Shown here piece after piece: positions 1-9,627 of a DNA stretch of 64,000 bases. Location of the stretch: contig DYKG01000002.1 in NCBI GenBank assembly GCA_020722725.1, forward strand, positions 111,436 through 175,435, written 5' to 3'. Both the position numbers and the translations under genes were made by a program. Each line of letters begins with the position of its first letter. Position 1 is the stretch's first letter. The notes under the pieces were generated by a model. It was not told where the DNA came from and searched no databases. It was given only the letters and a program-made list of their open reading frames with translations. Source of the stretch: Candidatus Methylomirabilis sp. Lineage in GTDB: Bacteria > Muiribacteriota > Ozemobacteria > Ozemobacterales > Ozemobacteraceae.

Positions 1-416
1 ATATCTGAACCATGAGTCAAAGCCATGTTCATCAGATCATTGACTGTGATCGCCTTATCATACATGCGCGCCAGGCCAGTAAAGACAGCTGCGGCATCGG
101 TGCTTCCGCCGGCCAGACCGGCCGCAACCGGTATTTTTTTGTCAATATTGATTGCAAGATATGGTTCGATTGAAAATTTTTCAAGAAAAAGCGTCGCCGC
201 GCGGTGAACCAGATTCGTTGAATCCAGGGGCACATCAGGATTGTTGCAGAAAATCTGAATTCCGGGCTCACTGACTTCTTTCAATGTGATAGTATCTGAT
301 AGCGAGATTGTCTGCATTATGCTTGCCAATTCGTGGTAGCCATCCTGTCGCTTGTGCTTGACCCATAAACCAATATTGATTTTTGCCGGTGCCGACAGCA
401 TTAGAGATTTCTTCAT
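1..416 (-). CDS. ispE: 4-diphosphocytidyl-2-C-methyl-D-erythritol kinase (N-terminal part; runs off window start)
   Basis: Not in ORF track. Manual translation from ATG at 416: MKKSLMLSAPAKINIGLWVKHKRQDGYHELASIMQTI...IDKKIPVAAGLAGGSTDAAA. Contains the APAKIN, DGYHEL and GHMP-kinase PxxAGLAGGS motifs; lies directly downstream of ispD. Confidence 0.95.
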   Translation of the reverse strand, partial: MKKSLMLSAPAKINIGLWVKHKRQDGYHELASIMQTISLSDTITLKEVSEPGIQIFCNNPDVPLDSTNLVHRAATLFLEKFSIEPYLAINIDKKIPVAAGLAGGSTDAAAVFTGLARMYDKAITVNDLMNMALTHGSD

Positions 417-425
417 ATTTTTCTG

Positions 426-1109
426 CTACAGCAGCGCCTCCAGAATGTTCAAATCTTCAGGGCGGGTAATTTTTGCATTAAGTTCAGACCCATCAACCAA
501 AAAAATTTTTTCGCCGGTTTCTCTAACCAAACTGGCGTCATCAGTAGCCGTAATATTATTGCGCTCAGCATTTGCAAGAGCCTGCCGCATTTTTGAAAGA
601 CGAAAAATCTGCGGAGTCTGAACCCGGTAAACCTGGCTTCGATCAAGGGTTTCAGTCACTTTACCCTTTACCACCTTGACCAGTGTGTCGCATGATGGAA
701 TGGCGCATACGGCATTGCCGTTCTTTTTCGCACTTTCCATGGCATTTACCACCAGCTCTGGGCTTATTCCCGGCCTTGCACCATCATGAATGATAACCCA
801 TCCCTCTTCATTAGGAATAGCATCAATACCGGCCTTTACCGAATCCTGGCGGCGATCCCCTCCCGCCACGATTTTGAATGGCCTGGCAGGGTCAAAACTG
901 ATGAGCTTATCACGGCCTTCATCGACCCAGTCAGGAGGCAGAACCAGAATTATATTGTCTACCACATGGGTTTTATTGAAACATTCAAGACTCCATTGCA
1001 CTACCGGCTTTCCCTTCAACGGCAGGAACTGCTTTGGAACGCTTGAATTCATGCGGGTTCCAAGCCCTCCGGCGACAATCAGAGCTGTGACTACAGAGCG
1101 ATTTGGCAT
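426..1109 (-). CDS. ispD: 2-C-methyl-D-erythritol 4-phosphate cytidylyltransferase
   Basis: AGGLGTRM..PKQF, GGDRRQDSV, IHDGARP, QTPQIF, TDDAS and NAKITRPEDL motifs. Confidence 0.96.
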   Translation of the reverse strand: MPNRSVVTALIVAGGLGTRMNSSVPKQFLPLKGKPVVQWSLECFNKTHVVDNIILVLPPDWVDEGRDKLISFDPARPFKIVAGGDRRQDSVKAGIDAIPNEEGWVIIHDGARPGISPELVVNAMESAKKNGNAVCAIPSCDTLVKVVKGKVTETLDRSQVYRVQTPQIFRLSKMRQALANAERNNITATDDASLVRETGEKIFLVDGSELNAKITRPEDLNILEALL

Positions 1110-1275
1110 TTCAATTCTCCAGATTCAATTCTTTCGAGAATAAATAAAAACAGCCAATTGTGCAAGCAAACAAAAAACAGACTGCAAACTTTTCAATTAA
1201 TCATTTAAACCATTATTTTTTTTAAAATTTCAATCTCGCCATGATTTTATTCATGAGACTGCAAATCAGATTATT

Positions 1276-1566
1276 TCAGCGGCCATCCTTTTCCGGGTCA
1301 AAGGGCTCTTCAGATGGATTTTCAACAGTACCAAGCAGCTGCATCATTTTCTCTTCAGTCTGATCAAGAATCTGACCACATTTTCTGGCCAGCATGGTTC
1401 CCAGTTCATAGAGGCGACCGCCCATCTGCAACGGTGTCCCATCCTGTTCAAGCGCTGCCACAACCCGCTCAAGCAATTCCATCGATTCTTCATAAGTCAA
1501 ATTGGCTACATCATCTGGTTTAAGCTCAAGCAGCTCATTTATTTCATCTTTTTTGATTTTAGGCAT
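1276..1566 (-). CDS. xseB: Exodeoxyribonuclease VII small subunit
   Basis: LTYEESMELLERVVAALEQ...L...YELG..LARKC..IL pattern; overlaps the xseA stop. Confidence 0.9.
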   Translation of the reverse strand: MPKIKKDEINELLELKPDDVANLTYEESMELLERVVAALEQDGTPLQMGGRLYELGTMLARKCGQILDQTEEKMMQLLGTVENPSEEPFDPEKDGR

Positions 1567-2803
1567 CGAAAGCCTCCTTTGTTATCTGCTCAATTTTTAC
1601 CTCAGCCCTTCCATCAACGAACTGTAGATGCAATTTTTGCTTAAGACGCAGCTGTTCAATCGAAGTGACCATTTTTCCATCTGAATCAGATGCCACCAGG
1701 TAGCCACGGCGAAGAAGCAGAAACGGGTTAAGGGCTGCAACTGCAGCAGCCAGAAGCGCATAGCGATGCCGGGCTTTGCCGATGAAAAGACGAGCCAGCG
1801 AATCAAGTTCCCGGCCGGTGTTCATTACTTTGATCCTGCGCTCTGCGACGAAGAGAGAGGGATTTATGAGAAACCGACAGTCGGCGGCTCGGCGAAATCG
1901 CTGGCGAGCCATAGCAAGCCGCATTTTCATGAGAGTGTTGAGCCTGGTTAACTGCCTTTTTGCATTCTGCAGAAGTTCTGTCTTAACCGGCACCACCAGT
2001 TCACCTGCTACCGATGGGGTCGCTGCCCGTCGATCAGCCACCAGGTCGGCAATTGTCGTGTCGGTTTCATGCCCGACCGCTGAAACGATTGGCTTGTTAG
2101 AAGCGCTGATCGCTCTGGCAACAATTTCTTCATTGAAACACCAGAGATCCTCGAGACTGCCACCACCTCGAGCAATGATAATTACATCTACCCGAGGATC
2201 ATGGTTGAGGCGCTTGATTCCCGCCACGATTTCGGCAACGGCACCATCGCCCTGAACTCGCGCCGGCACAAGGTATATGGGCATGTTTGCAAATCTGCGT
2301 CTGATGACCCTGAAAATATCTTTAATAACTGCACCAGTTGGCGAAGAAACCACCCCAACGCCTTTTGGAATAAATGGCAAAGGCAATTTTCTCTCTGGTT
2401 CAAACAATCCCTCGGCCTGAAGCTTTTTCTTAAGTTTTTCAAAAGCCTCATAAAGGGCTCCAATACCGGCGGGTCGAAGGTCGGTAACCACTATCTGGTA
2501 TTCTCCCCGGGGGGGGTAAACAGATATGTTGCCATAAATAATCACCAGATCGCCATTTTTGAAATCATGGGTGATCCGCCGACGATTGCCAGCCCAAAGC
2601 GCAGCTTTGATTATCGCTTTATCATCTTTGAGAGTGAAATAACAATGCCCCGATGAAGCCTTGACCAGATTCGAAATTTCTCCCTGTATCCAGGTAGAAT
2701 TAAGCAGGGTATCCCTTTCGAGGATACCCTTGAGGTGCATGGTCAGGTCATTTACGCTCAGAACCCTTGCCGGGAAAGGTATTTCTGGCTTAAAAAGATT
2801 CAT
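1559..2803 (-). CDS. xseA: Exodeoxyribonuclease VII large subunit
   Basis: GEISN..SGHCYFTLKD OB fold, ARGGGSLEDLWCFNEE, SAVGHETD and RAATPS motifs. Confidence 0.97.
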   Translation of the reverse strand: MNLFKPEIPFPARVLSVNDLTMHLKGILERDTLLNSTWIQGEISNLVKASSGHCYFTLKDDKAIIKAALWAGNRRRITHDFKNGDLVIIYGNISVYPPRGEYQIVVTDLRPAGIGALYEAFEKLKKKLQAEGLFEPERKLPLPFIPKGVGVVSSPTGAVIKDIFRVIRRRFANMPIYLVPARVQGDGAVAEIVAGIKRLNHDPRVDVIIIARGGGSLEDLWCFNEEIVARAISASNKPIVSAVGHETDTTIADLVADRRAATPSVAGELVVPVKTELLQNAKRQLTRLNTLMKMRLAMARQRFRRAADCRFLINPSLFVAERRIKVMNTGRELDSLARLFIGKARHRYALLAAAVAALNPFLLLRRGYLVASDSDGKMVTSIEQLRLKQKLHLQFVDGRAEVKIEQITKEAFDA

Positions 2804-2807
2804 TTTA

Positions 2808-4208
2808 TCAGATCGCCGCCAACTGTTCTTTTTCTTCAGTACTGCTTTCTTTCAATTCCCTGATGAATTGTTCATAATGCTTGTCAACAAAACTGGTTGA
2901 GAAATTTCCTGAACGAAAATCAGGGTGCTTCAAGACATGAAGATGGAAAGGAATTGTGGTTTCAATACCCTGAATATCATATTCCTTCAAAGCAGCTGTC
3001 ATACGGTCAAGAGCTTCATTGCGGGTTCGACCCCAAGCAATGAGTTTGGCCACCATCGAATCATAATTCGAGCTTACCACATAATTTTCATAGGCTGCAG
3101 AGTCAACTCTTACCCATGGGCCGCCCGGGACAAGGTATTTGTGAATTTTTCCCGGGCATGGGATAAACGACATTGCCGGATCTTCAGCATTTATGCGGCA
3201 TTCTACTGCCCAGCCACAAGGTTGAACAAGTTCTTCCTCGATCGGCAAAGGCTCACCAGATGACACTCTTAGCTGCAATTCAACCAGGTCAGAATTACAA
3301 ACCATTTCGGTAACCGGGTGTTCAACCTGCAATCGAGTATTCATTTCCATAAAGAAGAAGTTGCCCTCGCTGTCGAGTAGAAATTCGATAGTTCCGGCAT
3401 TGCGGTAATTGATCGCTTTTGCAGCCTTGATGGCAGTATCAGCCATTTTGCGACGTATTTCCGGAGTTACTGCCGGCGAAGGGGACTCTTCAATCAGCTT
3501 CTGATGCCGGCGCTGAATCGAACATTCTCTTTCACCAAGGGCGACGACTTTTCCGAAATTGTCAGCAATAATCTGAACTTCAACATGGCGTGGATTGCGC
3601 ATGTATTTTTCAACATAAACCCGCTTGTCGCCGAACGATGCCAGGGCTTCTCCATGGGCCATTTCGCAGAGGAGAGCAAAGTCTTCTTCCTTTTCGACAA
3701 GACGCATGCCTTTGCCACCGCCACCTGATGTTGCCTTGATCAATACCGGGAAACCGATATCGCGGGCGATTTTCAAACCTTCTTCGACGGTTTCGATGCT
3801 GCTCTGAGAGCCAGGCATGACAGGCACGCCAGATTTGATCATTAATTCACGAGCAACTGATTTTTGCCCCATTCTTTCAATTGCACGATGCTCCGGGCCG
3901 ATAAAGACAAAACCGCATTTTTCGGCAACTTCAGCGAAGTTGGGATTTTCCGAAAGAAATCCATAACCCGGGTGGATAGCCTCACAATTGGTCGCGTGAG
4001 CAACCGATAGAAGATTGGGAATATTGAGATAGGAAAGATCCGGTCTGGCTGGCCCGATGCAGTAAGCTTCATCAGCCATTTTCACATGAAGCGCATCCTG
4101 GTCGGCTTCTGAATAAACGGCCACGGTTGCAATTCCCATGCGCTTACATGTTCTTATTATTCTGACCGCGATTTCGCCGCGATTAGCAACTAGGATTTTT
4201 GAAAACAT
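2808..4208 (-). CDS. accC: Acetyl-CoA carboxylase biotin carboxylase subunit
   Basis: ANRGEIAVR, HPGYGFLSEN, GGGGKGMR, RECSIQRRHQK, EMNTRLQVEHPVTE and YDSMVAK motifs. Confidence 0.97.
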   Translation of the reverse strand: MFSKILVANRGEIAVRIIRTCKRMGIATVAVYSEADQDALHVKMADEAYCIGPARPDLSYLNIPNLLSVAHATNCEAIHPGYGFLSENPNFAEVAEKCGFVFIGPEHRAIERMGQKSVARELMIKSGVPVMPGSQSSIETVEEGLKIARDIGFPVLIKATSGGGGKGMRLVEKEEDFALLCEMAHGEALASFGDKRVYVEKYMRNPRHVEVQIIADNFGKVVALGERECSIQRRHQKLIEESPSPAVTPEIRRKMADTAIKAAKAINYRNAGTIEFLLDSEGNFFFMEMNTRLQVEHPVTEMVCNSDLVELQLRVSSGEPLPIEEELVQPCGWAVECRINAEDPAMSFIPCPGKIHKYLVPGGPWVRVDSAAYENYVVSSNYDSMVAKLIAWGRTRNEALDRMTAALKEYDIQGIETTIPFHLHVLKHPDFRSGNFSTSFVDKHYEQFIRELKESSTEEKEQLAAI

Positions 4209-4256
4209 CTGTTTCTCCAGATTTGGATTTTTGCCCGCACTTATACTTTTTCTGAT

Positions 4257-4655
4257 TCAATCAATCTCAACAAGCAGCAACAGCTTACCATAATCGACGA
4301 CTTCGCCATTTTTAACCGGCACCGCCGAGATTTTTCCGCTGGCTGAACATTTGATTCGATCCTGAAAACTTATTCCTTTAACCGTTCCCAGGATTTCACC
4401 CTTATTAATCTGATCGCCTACTTTCAAAACTTTTTCAGCAAAAGAGAAAACCCCGACTTTATCGGATCTGATCTCGATCTGGGTAGATTTAATATTATCG
4501 CCTTCCTGGGATTCAATTTTCTCTTCAACAGTCTGGGAGCAAGAACTATCGAGTTTCAACTTTAAAGATTCGTTTTTTCCCATTTCTAGTTCGAGAGTTG
4601 TGTAGCCATTGGCTTCCATGGCTTCATAAAGCCTTTTAATCTGTTTAACTTCCAT
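4257..4655 (-). CDS. AccB/BCCP-like biotinyl-lipoyl domain protein lacking the EAMKM biotinylation motif
   Basis: BCCP-like N-terminus (IKRLYEAM..NGYTTLELE) and C-terminal domain (IRSDKVGVF..VKVGD-like..SGKI..V.NGEVVDYGKLL); sits just upstream of accC. The motif position reads KGISF. Confidence 0.75.
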   Translation of the reverse strand: MEVKQIKRLYEAMEANGYTTLELEMGKNESLKLKLDSSCSQTVEEKIESQEGDNIKSTQIEIRSDKVGVFSFAEKVLKVGDQINKGEILGTVKGISFQDRIKCSASGKISAVPVKNGEVVDYGKLLLLVEID

Positions 4656-4752
4656 CGGTTACCCTCTGCTGTAAATTAGCGCCATGCTAGCATACTCTCA
4701 ATGATGTTTCAAGCCATCGCCAGGCAAGCGATACGCATACTTTTTTATTGCC

Positions 4753-4782
4753 TTGACTTTTATGTTTACGAGGGGCTATATT
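4753..4782 (+). promoter_or_regulatory. Putative sigma-70 promoter
   Basis: TTGACT-18 bp-TATATT upstream of the ATG at 4842. Confidence 0.4.
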
Positions 4783-4841
4783 GCCAGACAGATTTCCATC
4801 AAAGGAATCTGCAAACAAACAATTTGAGGAGTTTCTTCTAT

Positions 4842-5840
4842 ATGATCAGAAAGCTTTGGCTTGTAACCGCGTTATTAGTGGCTTTTGTCAGCACATCAGC
4901 ATTCGCTGGCGACCTTTTAAAACTTATTCCACAGGAAGCAGATTTTGTCATTCAGGTTAATGTTAACAAAATTCTGACCAGCCCCGAAGCAAAAAAAGCT
5001 TTGCTGGAAAATCTTGAAAAATCACCCGAACAGAAAGCCGCTTTTGATGAATTCGTAAAAAATACCGGCTTTAATCCCATGGAAAACCTTAATCAGATAA
5101 TGGTTTTCTCATCAGGCTCAATTGACCCTAAGAAGCCCAGTCAGATGGCCGGTGCTGTTCTGGATGGCAAATTTGAAGCAGCCAAAATTCTTGAAGCAAT
5201 TACCAAAGACGAAAAAGCCAAAGCCGAAGTGGAAATTACTAAAATCGACGGCTTTGATGCGGTTGTGCCGAAGAACAAAAAAGATGGCTATGGCCTGTTC
5301 ATTGATGACGCCACAGCGGTCGTAGGCGCCGAAGAAGGCGTTATGAAGGTTAAAGACGTCAAAGCTGGCAAAGGCAAAAGCGTCGAATCCAAAAAAGAAT
5401 TTTTCGACATCCTGCAAAAAGTGGATCTTAAGACAACTGTAAGTGGCGCTGGTCTCATTCCAGCCGACCTGAAAGAAAAAGTCAAAGCCAACCCCCAGGC
5501 AGCCCCCCTGGCCGCCCTCAACTACTTTTTCTTCTCTTTCAATCATGGCGAAAACATTGATTTCAACTTCAATGGCGAAGTTGACAAAAAAGAAAACGTT
5601 GAAACCGTTATGACTTCACTCAACGGTTTCCTCGCAATGCTCAAGATGTTTGCCGGCCAGGCTCCCGAAGCAGCAGAAGTTCTCAACATGATCAAACTGA
5701 CTGCCAACAATACAACTGTTGCCATCAACCTCAGCGTTCCTAAAGCCAAGCTTGATGAAATCAAAAAGAAAATAGAAGAAAGAATCAAGGAAATGAAGCA
5801 GAAAGGCGCAGCCGAAGAAGGCGAACGCAAATCTGAATAA
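4842..5840 (+). CDS. Secreted hypothetical protein
   Basis: Start moved to ATG 4842 (GAGGAG RBS upstream); Sec signal peptide MIRKLWLVTALLVAFVSTSAFA; Lys/Glu-rich. Confidence 0.75.
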   Translation: MIRKLWLVTALLVAFVSTSAFAGDLLKLIPQEADFVIQVNVNKILTSPEAKKALLENLEKSPEQKAAFDEFVKNTGFNPMENLNQIMVFSSGSIDPKKPSQMAGAVLDGKFEAAKILEAITKDEKAKAEVEITKIDGFDAVVPKNKKDGYGLFIDDATAVVGAEEGVMKVKDVKAGKGKSVESKKEFFDILQKVDLKTTVSGAGLIPADLKEKVKANPQAAPLAALNYFFFSFNHGENIDFNFNGEVDKKENVETVMTSLNGFLAMLKMFAGQAPEAAEVLNMIKLTANNTTVAINLSVPKAKLDEIKKKIEERIKEMKQKGAAEEGERKSE

Positions 5841-5851
5841 TTTTTAATCTC

Positions 5852-5888
5852 AAAAAGAGCCAGCCCAATGGGTTGGCTCTTTTTCTTT
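5852..5888 (+). terminator. Rho-independent terminator
   Basis: AAAAAGAGCCAGCCC-AAT-GGGTTGGCTCTTTTT stem (one G-U pair) followed by a T-rich run, right after the stop at 5840. Confidence 0.8.
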
Positions 5889-5926
5889 GTCAAAGTTTTG
5901 CTTGCCGAAGTCGATAAGAATTATGA

Positions 5927-7228
5927 ATGCACCGGATAATCATTGCGGCAATATTCTTGATTTCATTGGGAACAGCGGCTTATGCCCAGCCGTTCGATCT
6001 CATCATTCCCGAAAAAGACAGCCCAAGTATGCTGAGTCGCGAACTTCGCGATCTACAGTCGATTGAGCGGGATCTGGCTATTGAAAAGCTGACCAGAGAG
6101 CCATCCAAGCTAGACGCGTATATTGAGCTGGCGGAATTAAGACTATCACAAGGGAAATTAATAGAAGCACAGCGTTTTTATGAAATGGCTCTAAAGATTG
6201 ATCCTGGAAATCGAATTGCAAACCAGGGGCTGGTAATGACCCATTATCATAAAGGCGAATTTAACCAGGCGCACGAAGTTATCAAGAAAATTTACCCGCT
6301 GGAAACCATCTCAGAAAGCCTTGATTATCAACTTCGAGATCTTTATAACCCGTTAAAAAGCAATGCACAGCTGGGCTTGGCTGTTCGAGAAGACGACCGG
6401 GGGATATCAGAGACTATAGCATCTATTGACGGGTATTTCCCCTCATATACCTACCAAAAATTGATTGGAAAGTATCGCTACGAAAGCTGGGTACACGAAG
6501 ACAACGGCGAACAAATCGACAGTCAGGTATTTTCATCAACATTTGAATACCATTCTGATGATAACACCATTGTTTCTCTTGGGTATGCCCCGGAAATGTT
6601 TTCAGGAAAAGACAGCATTGGTGGCTATCATGGACAGATTATCACCGGGACCAAAAACCTTCATATCAGCCTGAGAACCAGCCGACAGACCTTTAAAGAA
6701 AATCTTCAGACGGTTAAAAACCAGCTGGCAGAAACAGCCGGCAGCATAAGCCTTTATGGTGACCTTCATCCACGAACGAGAGTCACCCAGACTATAACCG
6801 CAACCGATCTTTCAGACGGCAATACCCGCCGCCAGTATGATGCAGAAATGATGCATTTCATCTACCGGCAGGGCGCACCTTTTCTTTCACTGAACCTTAA
6901 ACTAACCCAGATGACATACAACGACCAGTTCGATGACGCAGGGAACCTGCTATATTACTGGGCTCCGTCGGATTACAAAGCCGGCGAACTGACGCTCGGC
7001 TGGGAAAGGTCAGTGGGAGCAAACTGGTGGTGGGGGTTCGATACCAGCCTGATTGGAAACACTTATAAATTTGGCCTTGATGATCAGGTTGAAGATATTG
7101 GCATGGGTGGTCTGCTTCATTTGAGCTACAATTTCACTGGCGGCAGAATTTATGCTTCGATTGGTGATCGAATAAACCAGTATTTTCGCGAACGCAAGCT
7201 TGAAGTCTATGGAAGTTTTCAGTTTTAA
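5927..7228 (+). CDS. TPR-containing outer-membrane beta-barrel protein
   Basis: Signal peptide, TPR motifs (AYIELAELRLSQGKLIEAQRFYEMALKIDP), alternating aromatic strands and a C-terminal YGSFQF BAM-type signal. Confidence 0.65.
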   Translation: MHRIIIAAIFLISLGTAAYAQPFDLIIPEKDSPSMLSRELRDLQSIERDLAIEKLTREPSKLDAYIELAELRLSQGKLIEAQRFYEMALKIDPGNRIANQGLVMTHYHKGEFNQAHEVIKKIYPLETISESLDYQLRDLYNPLKSNAQLGLAVREDDRGISETIASIDGYFPSYTYQKLIGKYRYESWVHEDNGEQIDSQVFSSTFEYHSDDNTIVSLGYAPEMFSGKDSIGGYHGQIITGTKNLHISLRTSRQTFKENLQTVKNQLAETAGSISLYGDLHPRTRVTQTITATDLSDGNTRRQYDAEMMHFIYRQGAPFLSLNLKLTQMTYNDQFDDAGNLLYYWAPSDYKAGELTLGWERSVGANWWWGFDTSLIGNTYKFGLDDQVEDIGMGGLLHLSYNFTGGRIYASIGDRINQYFRERKLEVYGSFQF

Positions 7229-7464
7229 AAAAATATCCAGTCGATCAGAAAGCTGATCACATAGCCGGATATAAAGCCATCGGCAAATGCCCAGCTCGCA
7301 CCAATCATGATGCCACGCGGAGTGAAATTGAATCCCTCATAAATGTAGGCGATGAGAAGCAACCATGGGCTGGGCTCTCCGCCGGTGATCTCCGCCAGGG
7401 TCCAGACCACCAGAGCAAACGCCCACATTATTCCCGCAAGAATGCCGATTTCAAAAGGAGTCAT
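7225..7464 (-). CDS. Small membrane protein resembling the family often labelled 'bacteriophage holin'
   Basis: 79 aa, two hydrophobic segments, IY.GF..TP.G..IG..WAF.DGFI.G pattern; overlaps the upstream gene's stop. Confidence 0.6.
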   Translation of the reverse strand: MTPFEIGILAGIMWAFALVVWTLAEITGGEPSPWLLLIAYIYEGFNFTPRGIMIGASWAFADGFISGYVISFLIDWIFF

Positions 7465-8321
7465 TCAGCTTCCTCGAAAATGATCGATGCATAACCAACC
7501 CCACGCTCATGGCGCATTATATCCATCGAAGTCGAGTAAGCAAGCCTGACTGCCTTAACCGATAAATCTTCGATCAGTAAAAGCAGCGCGGCTATTGGCA
7601 TAAGACCGCAAACACTACGGTTCTCCAAATCGACCAGATCAAAAAATCCTTTGGCATCGAGCGCCAGAATTCGATCTATAACCTCACTGTCAAGCCGATA
7701 GGCCTCTTCACGTGGAGTGTCGTGAGAAAAATCAGAACTAACAATTATCAGGTTTTTTTCCAGGTCATCAACTTCATCGAAAAATTCTTTTGTTTTCTCA
7801 ACCAGATTTTTCAAAATACCGAAAGATGTATAGCCCAATGCAACCGGCACAATCTTTAACGGCTTTTCCTGATAAATATGCTGCAGAAATGGCAACTGAA
7901 CTTCGATTGAATGTTCAAACCGATGGGCAGCATCGTCTAAACGCAGATCAGGCACAGCATCAGCCAGATTACGGGCAAAATCCTGGTCAACCTTAACCAA
8001 ACCGAGTGGAGTCTGCCAGCTTTCTGCGTTGCTGATTGAAAATCCTGCACCAAACTGAGTGTGTTTTGGTCCTAATAAAACGACCCTTTCTGGAAGAGGC
8101 TGCTCGAGTTTGAGCCTGGCAAATCCATGTGATGCCGGCGGACCACTGAACATGTAACCAGCGTGTGGCGATATCATAGCAATCAGCCTGCCATTAGCCT
8201 GCAAATCTTTGTTTCCTATACCCAGAGGGTGTTGAAAACATTGCTCAATCTGCTGTTTAAGCCCTTCTCGGTTGCTCTCATAAAACCGGCCGGCAACAAG
8301 TGGTTCTCTATACATTCCCAT
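7461..8321 (-). CDS. amrB: AmmeMemoRadiSam system protein B (MEMO1 family)
   Basis: R.P.VAGRFY, SPHAGYMFSG, LGPKH, EHSIEVQLPFLQ, SSDFSH, SVCG and VGYASI motifs. Confidence 0.92.
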   Translation of the reverse strand: MGMYREPLVAGRFYESNREGLKQQIEQCFQHPLGIGNKDLQANGRLIAMISPHAGYMFSGPPASHGFARLKLEQPLPERVVLLGPKHTQFGAGFSISNAESWQTPLGLVKVDQDFARNLADAVPDLRLDDAAHRFEHSIEVQLPFLQHIYQEKPLKIVPVALGYTSFGILKNLVEKTKEFFDEVDDLEKNLIIVSSDFSHDTPREEAYRLDSEVIDRILALDAKGFFDLVDLENRSVCGLMPIAALLLLIEDLSVKAVRLAYSTSMDIMRHERGVGYASIIFEEAE

Positions 8322-8384
8322 GCTCCTGCAGGATTGCCTGCGTATTTAGTTGAAGACACACGAATATTCTATTACAATAAAAGC

Positions 8385-9626
8385 ATGATAAAAAGATTTT
8401 ACCAGCTTTTTCCTGTTTTTATTTTTTTCCTGCTGATAACAGGAGCAAATTACTCTCAGGTTCAAGCCGCCGCACCGCTGGTGAAAATCGGGCTCGAAGT
8501 TCTTGCCCGCCAGCATCCTGAAATGGTTCGCGGGAAAAAAATCGCACTTTTAACCTCGAAATCTGCAGTAGATAACCAGCTTGAACATTGCATCGACCGT
8601 CTGGCCAGGGCTGCCGAGGTAAAATTAATTTTTACCGGCGAAACATATTTTCGCGAAAAGATTCCATCAAACGATGGTCAAACAAGCCTTGACGCCCTGA
8701 CCAACGCCCGGGTAATCGAGCTCACCGATCCTCTAAACCGACCGGCAGCTGACAGTTTTCAAGACACCGAACTTCTGGTTGTAGATTTTCAGGACATAGG
8801 CATAAGATATTTCAACTATCTGACCCTGCTGGCTCAATTTCTAGACCTTGCCAGAGAAGCCTCTATTCCGGTAATAGTTCTTGACCGACCTAATCCAATC
8901 AATGCCAGCACCGTTGCTGGACCGGTTCTTGAAGTTCCATTCCGCAGCAGGTTTGGGGTTTATCCGATTCCCCTGATTTACGGCATGACTATTGGCGAGA
9001 CGGCTTTGTTTTTCAACAAAGTTTTCGGGCTTGGCGCAAATCTTACGGTTGTCGGCATGGAAGGATATTCCCGCGGAATGTCATACCGCGACACCAACCT
9101 TCATTGGGTTCCACCTTCTGATCATATTCCAGAAGCAGATTCACCAATTTTTTATGCCACCACGGGTTTTTTAGGAGAAATGGGAGTCTTTTCAACCGGA
9201 GTGGGCACTACAAGGCCATTTCATTATGTATTGGCCCCATGGATAGATGGTGAAATGCTGGTTCAGAAATTGCAGAAACATAAGCTTCCTGGAGTCCGAT
9301 TCCTGCAAGCTGCAACTCGTCCGTATTATGGCCTTTTTTCGCAAAAAGAGATCAATGGAATTGAGCTCGTTATAACCGACCGGATTACCTACGATCCGTT
9401 TCTCACTGGGTCTGCCATTTTAAAAGCACTATGGGAACTTTATCCCGAAAGGATTCCACTGCTGAATCCTTCTGCTGCAGAAGCCCTCGACACTCTGCTG
9501 GGCAGCAGCAAAGTGCGCAAAGCCATTATAAATGGGCAGCCGCTTATGGAGTTATATGCCTCGCTTCAGCCTGACCTGGCTGATTTTCTTAAAAAACGCC
9601 GTGAATTCATAATTTATCCGGATTAA
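8385..9626 (+). CDS. DUF1343 / NamZ (GH171) exo-beta-N-acetylmuramidase-like protein, divergent
   Basis: DFQDIGIRYFNY, LDRPNP, GMTIGE, WVPPS and GTTRPF motifs; signal peptide after ATG 8385 (start moved from 8163). Confidence 0.8.
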   Translation: MIKRFYQLFPVFIFFLLITGANYSQVQAAAPLVKIGLEVLARQHPEMVRGKKIALLTSKSAVDNQLEHCIDRLARAAEVKLIFTGETYFREKIPSNDGQTSLDALTNARVIELTDPLNRPAADSFQDTELLVVDFQDIGIRYFNYLTLLAQFLDLAREASIPVIVLDRPNPINASTVAGPVLEVPFRSRFGVYPIPLIYGMTIGETALFFNKVFGLGANLTVVGMEGYSRGMSYRDTNLHWVPPSDHIPEADSPIFYATTGFLGEMGVFSTGVGTTRPFHYVLAPWIDGEMLVQKLQKHKLPGVRFLQAATRPYYGLFSQKEINGIELVITDRITYDPFLTGSAILKALWELYPERIPLLNPSAAEALDTLLGSSKVRKAIINGQPLMELYASLQPDLADFLKKRREFIIYPD

Positions 9627-9627
9627 T

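Noticed and set aside
2509-2516. G8 tract in xseA as a phase-variation site
   Set aside because: Encodes the conserved YPPRG segment of a housekeeping gene; treated as background.
7225-7464. Holin-like gene as a prophage marker
   Set aside because: No endolysin, structural or integrase genes nearby; it is coupled to amrB.
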